A stretch of DNA of 64,000 nucleotides from Bacteroidia bacterium (GCA_026391215.1 JAPLDX010000056.1:1-64000), one strand, 5' to 3'. Counted from the first letter of the stretch, positions 20,844 to 31,662 are shown. Translations and numbers: made by a program. Notes: generated from the letters alone by a model not told the origin.

Positions 20844-21608
20844 TTATATTTTACCTTCTTTTATTATTTCATCATCAACAAGAATGCGTCCGCAATATTC
20901 ACAGACAATGATCTTTTTCCTTGATTTTATATCCAGCTGTCTCTGAGGCGGTATCTGGTTGAAACAACCTCCGCAAGCATCTCTCTGAACAGGTACAACA
21001 GCCAGTCCGTTCCTTGCATTTGAGCGGATACGTTTGTAAGCAGTGATCAACCTTTCTTCAATAATATTTTGCACTTTTTCAAGCTTCTTATAAAGCCCTT
21101 CTTCCTCCTTCTGTGTATCAGCAATAATCTCATCAAGCTCTGATCTTTTATTTTCAAGATCAGCGGTCCTTTCGGCAAGTGTTCCTTCAGATTCTGCAAT
21201 GACAAGTTTTTTCTCATCAATCTGGACACGAAATTCCTTTATCTTCTTATTGAACAGCTCAATTTCCAGTCTCTGATATTCTATTTCCTTTGAAAGAGAA
21301 TCGAACTCCCTGTTGTTTCTGACATTTTTCTGCTGTTCCTCATATTTTTTTATGAGAGCTTCAGCATCGGAAATCTCATTATCTTTCTTAACAATGGATT
21401 TATCGAGGGTAACTACCTCTTCCTTCAGATTATTGAGCCTGGTTTCAAGGCCGGCTATTTCATCTTCAAGGTCCTGGACCTCAAGAGGCAGTTCGCCTCT
21501 CAGTGTTTTGATTTTATCTATCTCTGAATCAACTAATTGCAGACTATACAACGCCCGTAATCTTTCTTCAACAGAAATTTCGGTGTCATGTGTTTTTGCT
21601 TTTTCCAT
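20844..21608 (-). CDS. Coiled-coil C4-type zinc-ribbon protein (DUF164/HP0958-like)
   Basis: Long coiled coil, NNREFDSL, CGGC...CEYCGRIL; adjacent to Nif3. Confidence 0.9.
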   Translation of the reverse strand: MEKAKTHDTEISVEERLRALYSLQLVDSEIDKIKTLRGELPLEVQDLEDEIAGLETRLNNLKEEVVTLDKSIVKKDNEISDAEALIKKYEEQQKNVRNNREFDSLSKEIEYQRLEIELFNKKIKEFRVQIDEKKLVIAESEGTLAERTADLENKRSELDEIIADTQKEEEGLYKKLEKVQNIIEERLITAYKRIRSNARNGLAVVPVQRDACGGCFNQIPPQRQLDIKSRKKIIVCEYCGRILVDDEIIKEGKI

Positions 21609-21609
21609 A

Positions 21610-22704
21610 TTATAAATAGTTAACAGGATTCGTATTTATTTCTGAAAACCGGAGTGCAAATGTAGGGAATTTTTTGATAATTAGATTGTATAAAATTTCT
21701 GAAGAGAATTTTTCACTTTCATAATGGCCGATATCAATGATAATCATCTTATTCCCCGTCTCAAAAAAACTATGGTATCTTACATCGGCAGTAATGAAAG
21801 CATTTGCACCTGATGCTATTGCGTCTTTGATGAGTGCGCCTCCGGAGCCTCCGCAGAGTGCTACTTTTGTAATTTTATTACCTGTCAGCTTTGAATATCT
21901 GATTCCCTTTGCAGTGAAAACAGATTCAACACTTCTGAGAAAATCCTTTTCCTCCAATGGTTCAGGCATATCGCCGGTACAGCCTAGTCCGATCTCAATA
22001 TTATCATTTTCAAGCTGGTAAATATCATAAGCAACCTCCTCATAAGGATGTGTTTCAAGAAGGGCTTTTATAACCTTGTCTTTAAGGTGAGAGAACATAA
22101 TTGTTTCAAACCTTACCTCCTTTTCAAAATGTATTTTACCTTTTTCCCCAACATATGGGTTACTGTTTTCACCACCTCTGAAACTGCCTGTTCCCTGCGT
22201 AATGAAACTGCAGCGATCATAATTCGCGGCAATTCCTGCACCGGCATTAAAAATTGCTTCCCTGACTTTATCAAGGTGATTTTCTGGTATATAGGTAACC
22301 AGCTTTAACAACCTGTTCTTAAGCGGCGACAGAGTTCTTATATTATTTAGTTTCAGCTTCTCAGCTATTTTCCTGCTGACACCGTTACCCAGAACGTCAA
22401 GATTAGTGTGGGCGGAGTAAATCGCCACATCCTGCTTTATAGCTTTCAGCAATAGCCTTTCTGTTACGGTTCGTCCGGATAACTTTGTAATGCCGGTAAA
22501 AATAAGCGGGTGATGGGATATTATGACATCGCACCCGTTATAGCCAGCCTCATCAAGCACCTCATCAGTGATATCCAGGCAAATTAATGCTGATTTTACT
22601 TCCTTGTCGGGCAAGCCTACCTGCAAGCCTGAGTTGTCATATCCTTCCTGGAAGGATAATGGTATTGCAGAATCGAGAAATGAAGTAAGGTCTGTAAGCT
22701 TCAT
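21610..22704 (-). CDS. Nif3-like dinuclear metal centre hexameric protein
   Basis: DNSGLQVG, SHHPLIF, HTNLD, HPYEEVAYD, CGGSG, GHYESE. Confidence 0.93.
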   Translation of the reverse strand: MKLTDLTSFLDSAIPLSFQEGYDNSGLQVGLPDKEVKSALICLDITDEVLDEAGYNGCDVIISHHPLIFTGITKLSGRTVTERLLLKAIKQDVAIYSAHTNLDVLGNGVSRKIAEKLKLNNIRTLSPLKNRLLKLVTYIPENHLDKVREAIFNAGAGIAANYDRCSFITQGTGSFRGGENSNPYVGEKGKIHFEKEVRFETIMFSHLKDKVIKALLETHPYEEVAYDIYQLENDNIEIGLGCTGDMPEPLEEKDFLRSVESVFTAKGIRYSKLTGNKITKVALCGGSGGALIKDAIASGANAFITADVRYHSFFETGNKMIIIDIGHYESEKFSSEILYNLIIKKFPTFALRFSEINTNPVNYL

Positions 22705-22714
22705 GATTTGATTT

Positions 22715-23053
22715 TTATTTAATACTATCTCTCAGGTCAAGCATCAAGGTTTTGATTTTCTGAAGCGACTCGTTTATCTCATACTTATATTCAGCTTCTT
22801 CCCATTTACCTGAGATCCTTTTTTTTGCACCCGGCAGAGTCATTCCCTCCTCCTTGAGAAGGTGATGAATGATCTTCAGGTTTTTAATATCTGTGGGTGT
22901 AAACATCCTGTTCCCCTTTTTATTCTTCAAGGGTTTAAGGATGTCAAATTCATTTTCCCAGAACCTGACAGTTGAGATCGGTACATTCAGCATTTTAGCT
23001 GTTTCGCCTATTGAATAATAGAGCTTTTCGATCGATTTTTCCCTGTATGGCAT
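22715..23053 (-). CDS. MerR family HTH protein
   Basis: KLYYSIGE.A, RFWE.EF, KGNR.F. Confidence 0.9.
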   Translation of the reverse strand: MPYREKSIEKLYYSIGETAKMLNVPISTVRFWENEFDILKPLKNKKGNRMFTPTDIKNLKIIHHLLKEEGMTLPGAKKRISGKWEEAEYKYEINESLQKIKTLMLDLRDSIK

Positions 23054-23059
23054 ATCAAT

Positions 23060-24124
23060 TTATTTATAAGAGATTTCTCCATTGTCTGATATTCTGATCA
23101 GTGCATCAGGATAGTCAAGAGCGACAAGATCCTGAATTTTCCTTATTACACGTTTCTCCGGATCAACTTTCACCCCTTCACCCGGGAGTTGAAATACAGG
23201 GATTATTTTTCCTGATATGAATTTTCCGGAAACCTCCACCTTCAGTTTCACAACAGGTGCAATTCCGTTTGGTCCCTTTAGATTGAACCTTCCATAAGTG
23301 CAGAAATTACCGAGACTGTATCCGATGAAGCGATCTTTGTACACCTCGACAGCCCTGGTGACATGAGGTCCATGACCAAAAACAACATCAGCGCCGGCAT
23401 CAATCATCATGTGTGAGAATTTGTGCACGTCTCCCCTGTTCTCGGTATACATCATTTCATCTGTTTTTGGAACATGCTGAAAATCTGATCCTTCAGCGCC
23501 GCCATGAAATGATACTATAACGATCTGACAGGTATCTGCAAGCTTTCTTACAATAGCTTCTGCCTCAGATATCTCAAGGATACTTATGGTACCTGCATTA
23601 GGAGCAAAAGCGCAAAAACCATAAAGAATACTGTCCTTACTGAATATTGAATATGGAAGCTCTGTTAATCCTCCATAGTGAATCCCAAGTGAATCAAGAA
23701 GCTCCATTGTGCGTCTCCTGGCAGGAAAACCAAAATCTCCGAAATGATTATTTGCCAGGCTGATTATGTCAAATCCTGCAGTAGCTAAAGCGGAGGCATA
23801 TCGTTCCGGCATCCTGAAAAGATAACATTTGGTGGTGTCCCTGCATTTTTTTGCCGGTTCCCCGTCGTCGAGGAAAGATCCCTCCAGATTTCCGAAAGTT
23901 ATATCCGAGGCAGTAAGCGTATCAGCAAGATCTCCAAGCAGCATGAGAGGATTATCGTGAGGAGGCAGATATTTTGGTGAGGGGAAAGATGTCCCGAACA
24001 TAATATCCCCGACACCGGTTATAATAATTTTCCTCTGTGACGGGATGGTATCATTTAAACCTGAAACAGACTGATATGAAAATAATATTGCAAAAACTAA
24101 AACAAAGGCGGGATTTATCTTCAT
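23060..24124 (-). CDS. CapA/PgsA-like metallophosphatase family secreted protein
   Basis: GVGDIM, GNLEG, LANNH, SFHGG.E, GHGPHV, YSLGNF; ATG 24124 gives a signal peptide. Confidence 0.88.
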   Translation of the reverse strand: MKINPAFVLVFAILFSYQSVSGLNDTIPSQRKIIITGVGDIMFGTSFPSPKYLPPHDNPLMLLGDLADTLTASDITFGNLEGSFLDDGEPAKKCRDTTKCYLFRMPERYASALATAGFDIISLANNHFGDFGFPARRRTMELLDSLGIHYGGLTELPYSIFSKDSILYGFCAFAPNAGTISILEISEAEAIVRKLADTCQIVIVSFHGGAEGSDFQHVPKTDEMMYTENRGDVHKFSHMMIDAGADVVFGHGPHVTRAVEVYKDRFIGYSLGNFCTYGRFNLKGPNGIAPVVKLKVEVSGKFISGKIIPVFQLPGEGVKVDPEKRVIRKIQDLVALDYPDALIRISDNGEISYK

Positions 24125-24143
24125 AAAAATGTTTAAGGAAGAT

Positions 24144-25115
24144 CTAATCAAAAGACTGGCCGGTTTTTGAAGCTATTTCAATCATCCTCTCATATTCCTC
24201 CGGAGTGAGATCATTGAAATAGTAGTTAACCGGATCGACATTAGCCCCGTTAAGCTTTAGCTCATAATGCAGGTGAGGGGCCACTGACAGGCCTGTACTG
24301 CCGACAAATCCGATAATATCGCCTCTCCTGACCTTCTGCCCTGCCCTTATATTGAACTGGCTTAGATGAGCATAGATCGAAGTATATCCGTAACCATGGT
24401 TTATAATTATGTGATTCCCAAGTCCTCTCTTTGCTGAAATAACTGATGCTACAGTGCCATCACCTGTTACATAGACATCAGTCCCGGAAGGAGCCGTAAA
24501 ATCCATCCCTGAGTGAAATTTAATTATTTTGTATATGGGATGGATCCTTAATCCATAGCCTGAAGCAGTACGTGTAAGATCCTTATTGGAAATAGGAAGG
24601 ATGGCCGGAATTGATCTCAGCATTTCCTCTTTTCTCATCGCCAGGGTTATGAGGTCGTCAAATGATTTTGACTGAATGTAGACCTTCTTTCTTATCCGGT
24701 CAAGTTCTTTTGTTGTCTCAATTACAATACTTGAATTATCAAATCCTTCAAGTTCCTTGTACCTGTTGATTCCACCCACTCCTCCTTCGCGCAGGGTAGC
24801 AGGAATAGGTTCAGCTTCAAATACTGTCCTGTAAAGGTTATCATCAGTTTCCTGGAGCTGGCCGATTACCTTTTCAAGGTTATCCATTTCCCTGTGAATC
24901 AGGTCATACTGTAATGTAAGCTGATCTATCTCTCTTAAAAGAGTTTTCTCCTTCGGCGAATCAACAAAAATGGCAAAGATGAGATAATAAACCAGAGCGA
25001 CCAGAAGAGATCCAACAAAATAAGCAAGCCCTCTAAGCAGCATTGCCCCGACACCAAGTCTGATCTTGTCAAAACTCAGAGATTCGGGATTGAACTTATA
25101 TCTTGACTTTGGCAT
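24144..25115 (-). CDS. M23 family peptidoglycan metallopeptidase
   Basis: TM + coiled coil; H.GMDF, YAHLS, APHLHYE. Confidence 0.93.
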   Translation of the reverse strand: MPKSRYKFNPESLSFDKIRLGVGAMLLRGLAYFVGSLLVALVYYLIFAIFVDSPKEKTLLREIDQLTLQYDLIHREMDNLEKVIGQLQETDDNLYRTVFEAEPIPATLREGGVGGINRYKELEGFDNSSIVIETTKELDRIRKKVYIQSKSFDDLITLAMRKEEMLRSIPAILPISNKDLTRTASGYGLRIHPIYKIIKFHSGMDFTAPSGTDVYVTGDGTVASVISAKRGLGNHIIINHGYGYTSIYAHLSQFNIRAGQKVRRGDIIGFVGSTGLSVAPHLHYELKLNGANVDPVNYYFNDLTPEEYERMIEIASKTGQSFD

Positions 25116-25122
25116 AATGCAG

Positions 25123-25130
25123 CAAAGATA
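25123..25130 (-). promoter_or_regulatory. Bacteroidota -7 promoter element for M23 gene at 25115
   Basis: TATCTTTG 7 nt before the ATG. Confidence 0.6.
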
Positions 25131-25208
25131 AAAAATTCATAAAAAAGAAAACAGCTCCCATATCGGAGTTATCAGGAAATTTAAGAATGACGGATTATAA
25201 CCTTTTGA

Positions 25209-26174
25209 CTATCTGAATTTTGTGCTTGAAGTTAGCAGCTGGATCATGTCAAAATATTCTTCTTCAGTCAGGTCATCATTAAAATAATAGAGAGGATTCT
25301 TATGCTGGCCGTACTGATCTATCTGGTAATGAAGATGGGGTCCTGACGATGTGCCTGAACTACCTGTAAGACCGATCAGGTCTCCGCGTTTGACATTCAT
25401 TCCCTTGACAACCTTTATGCTGCTGAGATGTCCGTAGATGGTCTGATAGCCATATCCGTGATCAACGCGGACATGATTTCCGAAACCACTGGAGTTCCAT
25501 CCGGCTTCGATTACTGTTCCGGAGCCTGTGACATAAACCTCTGTACCATAAGGGGCGGTAAAATCCTGTCCAAAATGCCACCGGGGATTTCCGGTCACAG
25601 GATGTACCTCCCTGAATTTCACACCATCACCCAATCTTATCGTAACATCAACAGGACTGATCATTGGCAGGTATTCGTACATTCTCTCCCACTCAGCTCT
25701 CTTTTCTTCAATCGCCCTGAATGATTCATCCTGAACATTTACCATGTTTTTCATCTCCGCGATCCTTGTCCGGGTCGATCTCATAAGGTTAGAGTTGATA
25801 TAGTCGTCGAGGTCCCTGAACCTGTCAACACCTCCGTAACCCGGATTCCTGAATGATCCGGGAATGCTTTCCATTTCAAGGATTGACCTGTAGCGAACCT
25901 CATCCGACATCTCAAGGCTTTTCATAATTTCCTGGGCGCCATCAAGTTCCTTCCCTGCAAGTTTATACTGGAGCTTCAGGTTATCAATTTCCTGATTAAG
26001 CATCTTTTCCTTGGGCGATCCGAACAGGTTTTCGAAAATTGTACCGTAAATCAAAGTGATAATGACTGTAACAGAAAACCACATAAGCAACCTTAAAAGC
26101 TTCCTGGTTAACGATAGCCTTACCTGCTTGTATTGCAGATCATTACGGTCCAAAATATATTTCCGGTTATTCAT
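25209..26174 (-). CDS. M23 family metallopeptidase, tandem paralog
   Basis: Same architecture as neighbour (SPKEK.L, GGV.R, HFGQDF, YGHLS, GPHLHY, YYFNDDLT.EEY). Confidence 0.92.
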   Translation of the reverse strand: MNNRKYILDRNDLQYKQVRLSLTRKLLRLLMWFSVTVIITLIYGTIFENLFGSPKEKMLNQEIDNLKLQYKLAGKELDGAQEIMKSLEMSDEVRYRSILEMESIPGSFRNPGYGGVDRFRDLDDYINSNLMRSTRTRIAEMKNMVNVQDESFRAIEEKRAEWERMYEYLPMISPVDVTIRLGDGVKFREVHPVTGNPRWHFGQDFTAPYGTEVYVTGSGTVIEAGWNSSGFGNHVRVDHGYGYQTIYGHLSSIKVVKGMNVKRGDLIGLTGSSGTSSGPHLHYQIDQYGQHKNPLYYFNDDLTEEEYFDMIQLLTSSTKFR

Positions 26175-26290
26175 CGGCCGGGTTGGAATTTCATTTTTTT
26201 GCTACAGGCAATGGACAAATCTAAATCAAATAAACTAATTTTACAAGCCAATTTTCAGGTATATTTACATTATCCATTGATAATTAACAC

Positions 26291-28921
26291 ATGAAGGCAC
26301 AGGAACTGAGACAGTTATTTTTTGAATTTTTCCGGGAAAGAGAGCATGAAATTGTCCCATCAGCACCGATGGTGATTAAGAATGATCCTTCACTCATGTT
26401 CACAAATGCCGGCATGAATCAGTTCAAGGATATTTTCCTGGGAAACAGCCAGGCAAAATACAAAAGAGTTGCAAATTCACAAAAGTGCCTCAGGGTTTCA
26501 GGGAAGCATAATGACCTTGAGGAGGTTGGGCATGACACTTACCATCATACTATGTTTGAAATGCTTGGTAACTGGTCATTCGGGGAATATTTCAAGAAAG
26601 AGGCCATAGAATGGGCATGGGAATTTCTCACAAAACGGCTGGGCATTGCTGAGGACCGGCTTTATGCCACTGTTTTTCAGGGCAGTAAAGAAGACAATAT
26701 TTCCCGTGATGATGAAGCCTTCAGATTCTGGCAAAAATGCTTCCCGAATAATCCTGATCATATAATTGACGGTCCGAAAAAAGACAATTTCTGGGAAATG
26801 GGTGACACGGGGCCATGTGGTCCATGCTCTGAAATTCATGTTGATATCAGGGATGAAAAGGAAATGAACAGGATTTCCGGACAGAATCTCGTCAATAAGG
26901 GTGATCCGCAGGTGATAGAGATATGGAACCTCGTTTTTATCCAGTATAACAGAAAAGCTGACGGCTCACTTGAGATGCTTCCATCAAAGCATGTAGATAC
27001 AGGAATGGGATTTGAGAGACTATGCATGGTTGTTCAGGGGAAAAAGTCTAATTACGATACCGATGTCTTTCAGCCTGTTATCAAAGAAATTTCATCCATT
27101 ACCGGGAAAAAATACGGTGTCAATGAATCCTGGGATACAGCAATGCGGGTAATTGCTGATCACCTGAGAGCAGTCTCCTTCTCCATAGCCGAAGGACAGC
27201 TGCCGTCCAACAATAAGGCAGGCTACGTTATAAGAAGGATACTCCGCCGGGCAGTAAGATACGGATACAATAACCTCGGGATTGAAGAACCCTTTATCTA
27301 CAGGCTTGTACCAAAACTTGCCGAAACCATGGGTGACCACTACCCGGAATTAAAATCATTAAAGGAGCTTATATCAAAGATAATCCTGGAAGAGGAAACA
27401 GCATTCCTGAAAACCCTTGGCAAGGGTCTGAAGATGATAGAAAAAATGATCTCTGACCTGAAGAAAAGCAATAAGAAAACATTGCCCGGGAAGGTAGCAT
27501 TTGAACTGTATGATACTTTTGGATTTCCGGTTGACCTTACCCAGCTTATCCTTAAGGAGAACGGTATAGAGCTTAATATCAGGGAGTTTGAAGATGAGAT
27601 GAAAAACCAGAAAGACAGATCGAGGGAGGATGCTTTTCTGGATGCAGGCGACTGGGAGATTATAAGGGATTCAGGCGATACACTGTTTACAGGCTATGAT
27701 AAGACGGAAGAAGAGGTGCTTATCACAAAGTACCGGATGGTAAAGGTCAAAGGGATTGACATCTGCCATATAGTCCTTGATAAAACACCTTTCTATGCAG
27801 AATCGGGAGGACAGGTCGGAGATACGGGAACAATCGTTTCAAAAAATGAAAAAATTGAGATCTTCGATACCATCAGGGAGAATAACCTTATAATTCACAT
27901 AGCGAAGAAAGCCCCGTCAGATCCGAAAGCGGATTTTACAGCCAGGGTTGATATTGAAAAGCGTCTCATGACAGCCAATAATCACACAGCTACTCACCTG
28001 ATACACTATGCGCTGCGGGAAGTTCTGGGAAAGCATGTGGAACAGAAAGGGTCCCTGGTCACTCCGGATCGGCTCAGGTTTGATTTCAGCCATTTCACTA
28101 AGCCGGGAAAGGAAGAACTGATGAGGGTGGAAGAGATTGCAAACCGGCTGGTAAGGGAAAACAATATCAGGAAAATAACGGAAAATATATCGTTGAAGAA
28201 AGCACAGGCAATGGGTGCTATGGCACTTTTCGGTGAGAAATACGGAGAAACCGTAAGGGTGGTAAAATTCGGAGACTCTATAGAACTATGCGGCGGGACT
28301 CATGTTGAGTCAACTGCAAGCATAGGGATTATCAAAATCATATCGGAAGGAGCAATAGCAGCCGGTATCAGAAGGATTGAAGCGTTAACGGCAGGCAAGG
28401 CTTATGAGTATATCAATGACAAGCTTGCTGTAATTGAAGATATTGCTGTCATGCTTAAAAGCACCGGTAACATTAAAGAGAGTATTGAAAAGCTTATCTC
28501 TGAAAATAGTACACTTAAAAAGTCCCTGGAGAAATACCAGGACAGGTCTGCCATGGCTGCTCTTAAAATTCTTGAAGAAAAAGCAACAACAATTAACAGG
28601 ATAAGATTCCTGTCTGGGCTGGTTGAAACTGATTCTCCTGAGACTTTGAAGACAATTGCATTTGAAGCGAGAAAGAAATCTGAAGACAGCGTAATGGTTA
28701 TCGGATCATCAATAGGAGGAAAAGCAAATCTTGTGGTGATGGTATGCGATAAGCTTACAAAAGAAAAGAATATCAGTGCAGTCAATATAATAAAAGAGAT
28801 TGCCGGTGAGATCGACGGAGGTGGCGGCGGACAGCCATTCCTGGCTACTGCAGGGGGGAAAAAGCCTGAAGGAATAACCAAGGCATTAAAGAAGGCTGAA
28901 GAATACCTGCGGAATATTTAA
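26291..28921 (+). CDS. alaS: Alanine--tRNA ligase
   Basis: FTNAGMNQFK, HHTMFEMLGNWSFG, DTGMGFER, TPFYAESGGQVGD, ELCGGTH, GGGGG. Confidence 0.98.
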   Translation: MKAQELRQLFFEFFREREHEIVPSAPMVIKNDPSLMFTNAGMNQFKDIFLGNSQAKYKRVANSQKCLRVSGKHNDLEEVGHDTYHHTMFEMLGNWSFGEYFKKEAIEWAWEFLTKRLGIAEDRLYATVFQGSKEDNISRDDEAFRFWQKCFPNNPDHIIDGPKKDNFWEMGDTGPCGPCSEIHVDIRDEKEMNRISGQNLVNKGDPQVIEIWNLVFIQYNRKADGSLEMLPSKHVDTGMGFERLCMVVQGKKSNYDTDVFQPVIKEISSITGKKYGVNESWDTAMRVIADHLRAVSFSIAEGQLPSNNKAGYVIRRILRRAVRYGYNNLGIEEPFIYRLVPKLAETMGDHYPELKSLKELISKIILEEETAFLKTLGKGLKMIEKMISDLKKSNKKTLPGKVAFELYDTFGFPVDLTQLILKENGIELNIREFEDEMKNQKDRSREDAFLDAGDWEIIRDSGDTLFTGYDKTEEEVLITKYRMVKVKGIDICHIVLDKTPFYAESGGQVGDTGTIVSKNEKIEIFDTIRENNLIIHIAKKAPSDPKADFTARVDIEKRLMTANNHTATHLIHYALREVLGKHVEQKGSLVTPDRLRFDFSHFTKPGKEELMRVEEIANRLVRENNIRKITENISLKKAQAMGAMALFGEKYGETVRVVKFGDSIELCGGTHVESTASIGIIKIISEGAIAAGIRRIEALTAGKAYEYINDKLAVIEDIAVMLKSTGNIKESIEKLISENSTLKKSLEKYQDRSAMAALKILEEKATTINRIRFLSGLVETDSPETLKTIAFEARKKSEDSVMVIGSSIGGKANLVVMVCDKLTKEKNISAVNIIKEIAGEIDGGGGGQPFLATAGGKKPEGITKALKKAEEYLRNI

Positions 28922-28933
28922 ACAGTTTTAAAC

Positions 28934-29401
28934 ATGAGAAGTCTCAGGTCAAATTGTCTTGTTGCGGTTGTCATTGCAGCTATACTGCAAGGGACTTCAT
29001 GTACTCCACAATCATGTCTTGAAGAAACAATTGCCGAAATAAAAGTCCCGCTGTACCTTAGCAGCACAAAAATAATACAGGCGCCCGACAGCCTGACCCT
29101 GTACGGAATAAATTCCGGATCAGGCAAAATACATAATAAAGCAACAGGCGTTACTAAGGTCTTATTGCCGCTTGATCCTTCTGCAGAAACCTGTGGTTTT
29201 GTTATAAGGATCAACGGGACCACCGATACGCTTCTCATTTGGTATGATTCCTTCACACACCTTATATCGAAGGAATGCGGATATACCTTTTATCATACAA
29301 TTGATTCACTGATATATACTAAGAACATAATTGATACAATAAAAATCAAAAACAGGTCTGTAACAACAATCAATGAGGAGAATTTCCGCATATTATATTA
29401 G
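28934..29401 (+). CDS. Conserved Bacteroidota lipoprotein (DUF6452-like)
   Basis: Lipobox GTSC, LPLDP, DTL...Y, IS.ECGY. Confidence 0.65.
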   Translation: MRSLRSNCLVAVVIAAILQGTSCTPQSCLEETIAEIKVPLYLSSTKIIQAPDSLTLYGINSGSGKIHNKATGVTKVLLPLDPSAETCGFVIRINGTTDTLLIWYDSFTHLISKECGYTFYHTIDSLIYTKNIIDTIKIKNRSVTTINEENFRILY

Positions 29402-30107
29402 TGCCCTGATATTATTGATTACCGGCTCTGTAATGACCGAAGCACAAACACAGACGCCAGATACTGTCGTGATACCTCTTAAAATAAGGGCAGGTGTGGA
29501 AGTCACCGGACCCATAATTTATTTAACAGATAAAAATAACCTGAACACTGAAGGATTCATTTCTGCCGATCTGAATGAAAGGATCGGACTCTTCCTCGGC
29601 GCCGGATATTCTGATTATAAGTATTCACAGTACAATTACGACTATAATAGCAAAGGATTTTTTCTTAAGGCTGGTGTTGATTTCAATTTTCTCAAACCTG
29701 AAAAAGCCATGGGGAAGTATTGGGCTGGTGTGGGTTTACGTTACGGGCTTAGCTCATTCACTTCTGAAATACCCTCCCTTAAGTATGAAAATTACTGGGT
29801 ATCGATTACTACTTCAGTTGCTCCCTCAACGTACCTTAGCCATTATCTTGAAGCTTCACCGGGTTTTAAAGCAGAAATCTTCAGGAATTTCAGTATGGGA
29901 TGGTCGGTAAACATAAGGAAACTGCTCTATTCAGGAACAGGGAGCAAGGACGCAAGGCCAATCTATTTCCCGGGTTACGGATCGGGAGAGGGATCCATGA
30001 GCTTTGGAATAAGCTATTTTCTTGTCTGGAATATACCATTCAAAAAGATACTGGTTGAAGTTAAAAAGGAAGAACCGGTAGAGACTGAAGAAACAGAAAC
30101 GCAGTAA
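29373..30107 (+). CDS. Outer-membrane beta-barrel-like protein (DUF6048-like)
   Basis: Signal peptide, amphipathic beta-strands, G...KAGVD.N, PIYFPGYG; typically paired with DUF6452. Confidence 0.65.
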   Translation: MRRISAYYISALILLITGSVMTEAQTQTPDTVVIPLKIRAGVEVTGPIIYLTDKNNLNTEGFISADLNERIGLFLGAGYSDYKYSQYNYDYNSKGFFLKAGVDFNFLKPEKAMGKYWAGVGLRYGLSSFTSEIPSLKYENYWVSITTSVAPSTYLSHYLEASPGFKAEIFRNFSMGWSVNIRKLLYSGTGSKDARPIYFPGYGSGEGSMSFGISYFLVWNIPFKKILVEVKKEEPVETEETETQ

Positions 30108-30108
30108 A

Positions 30109-31557
30109 TCAGGCTTCTTTCCTGCTGAAGAGCCACAATCCTGTAAACGTCAGGAATCCGTTTACGAGAATCATTTCGAATCCGAATTTATAACCGCTGA
30201 AAAGCTCTTCCGAGAACGTACTTAGAAGGATGCAGATGAGCGGGGAAATTATTGCAATATACGGGGTAATCTTGTCATTTACCTTCCTCTTTGTAAAGAG
30301 TCCGAATGAGTAAAGTCCAAGCAGCGGGCCATATGTGTAACCTGCTATAGTGAACAGCTTATCAATTACAGCCTTGTCATTTAATGTACTGAATATCAGA
30401 ATACTTATAAAAAATATCAGGGCTACTGAAAGATGAACCATGTACCTGATCCAGGTAGCTTTCTTTTCGGTAATATCCTTCCTGCGGTCCAATCCAAGAA
30501 AGTCGATACTGACAGATGTAGTCAGTGATGTAAGCGCTCCGTCTGCACTGGGGAAAGCTGCTGAAATGAGTCCTATCACAAATACCAGGCCTGCCACTGG
30601 TCCCAGGTAGTTTATTGCAATCGTAGGGAAAAGATCGTCAGAGGCTGGAATATTGATCCCTTTGCTTTGCGAAAACATGAACAGGAATGCCCCAAGAAAC
30701 AGGAATAAAAGATTTACAAAAACCAGTATACCGCTGAAAGTGAACATATTTTTCTGAGCCTCCCTGATATTCCTGCAGCTGAGATTCTTCTGCATCATTT
30801 CCTGGTCAAGACCTGTCATTGTTATAGTTATGAACATCCCTGAAAAGAATTGCTTCAAAAAGAACCTTGGATGATGCCAGTCGGTAATGAACATTGTTGA
30901 CAGATCGCTATCGGTAATTTCCGAGAAGAGCTTAAATACGGGTCTATCAAGCCCTTTGCTGATATATATGACAGACAGGATGACTGCAAGAAGCATGAAT
31001 GTAGTTTGCAGTATATCTGTATATACGATCGTTCTGATACCCCCCTTGAAGGTATAAAGGATGATAAGTATTATGAAGATCAGTGCATTTACCCAAAATG
31101 GAATGTTCCAGGCATTAAAGACAAATACCTGTAATACATTGATAACCAAAAACATCCTAAGCGAAGCTCCCAGTGTACGGGATAAAATAAAAAAGCCGGC
31201 TCCTGTCTTGTGCGACCAGAAACCAAACCGCTGATCAAGGTAAGAATAGATAGATGTCAGCTTAAGCCTGTAGTATAATGGCATCAGCACAAGTGCTATT
31301 ACAGCATAACCGACAAGATATCCCAGGACAACAACCATATAGCTGAACTGGGTATCCCTCACCCATCCGGGCACGGACATGAAAGTCACACCTGACAGGG
31401 AGGCTCCAATCATCCCATATGCAACTACAAACCAGGGTGATTTCCTGTTTCCGATAAAAAACGACTGATCATTTGCACGCCTCGCTGTAATCCAGGTGAC
31501 AGAAAATAACAAGGCAGTATAAATCAGGAAGATTATGAGAATCAGTGCCGGTGACAT
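30109..31557 (-). CDS. Sodium:solute symporter family protein
   Basis: Many TM helices, FF.GNR.SPW, SGVTFMSVPG, GLDQ.MMQK, AA..SAD. Confidence 0.92.
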   Translation of the reverse strand: MSPALILIIFLIYTALLFSVTWITARRANDQSFFIGNRKSPWFVVAYGMIGASLSGVTFMSVPGWVRDTQFSYMVVVLGYLVGYAVIALVLMPLYYRLKLTSIYSYLDQRFGFWSHKTGAGFFILSRTLGASLRMFLVINVLQVFVFNAWNIPFWVNALIFIILIILYTFKGGIRTIVYTDILQTTFMLLAVILSVIYISKGLDRPVFKLFSEITDSDLSTMFITDWHHPRFFLKQFFSGMFITITMTGLDQEMMQKNLSCRNIREAQKNMFTFSGILVFVNLLFLFLGAFLFMFSQSKGINIPASDDLFPTIAINYLGPVAGLVFVIGLISAAFPSADGALTSLTTSVSIDFLGLDRRKDITEKKATWIRYMVHLSVALIFFISILIFSTLNDKAVIDKLFTIAGYTYGPLLGLYSFGLFTKRKVNDKITPYIAIISPLICILLSTFSEELFSGYKFGFEMILVNGFLTFTGLWLFSRKEA

Positions 31558-31639
31558 ACAGGAAAATTAATCTGCAAGGATAACAAAAAGAATGCAAGGC
31601 AAAAAATTCAATGATCATTAAAAAGAACAATAATTGGCT

Positions 31640-31647
31640 TATTTTTG
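31640..31647 (+). promoter_or_regulatory. Bacteroidota -7 promoter element for recR
   Basis: TATTTTTG upstream of ATG 31663. Confidence 0.5.
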
Positions 31648-31662
31648 TCTAAAATTTCCATC

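Noticed and set aside
23060-24124. Poly-gamma-glutamate capsule locus
   Set aside because: No capB/capC partners; stand-alone CapA-like proteins are widespread
28402-28881. 159-aa minus-strand ORF and the other short nested ORFs in the track
   Set aside because: Antisense or off-frame to well-supported genes
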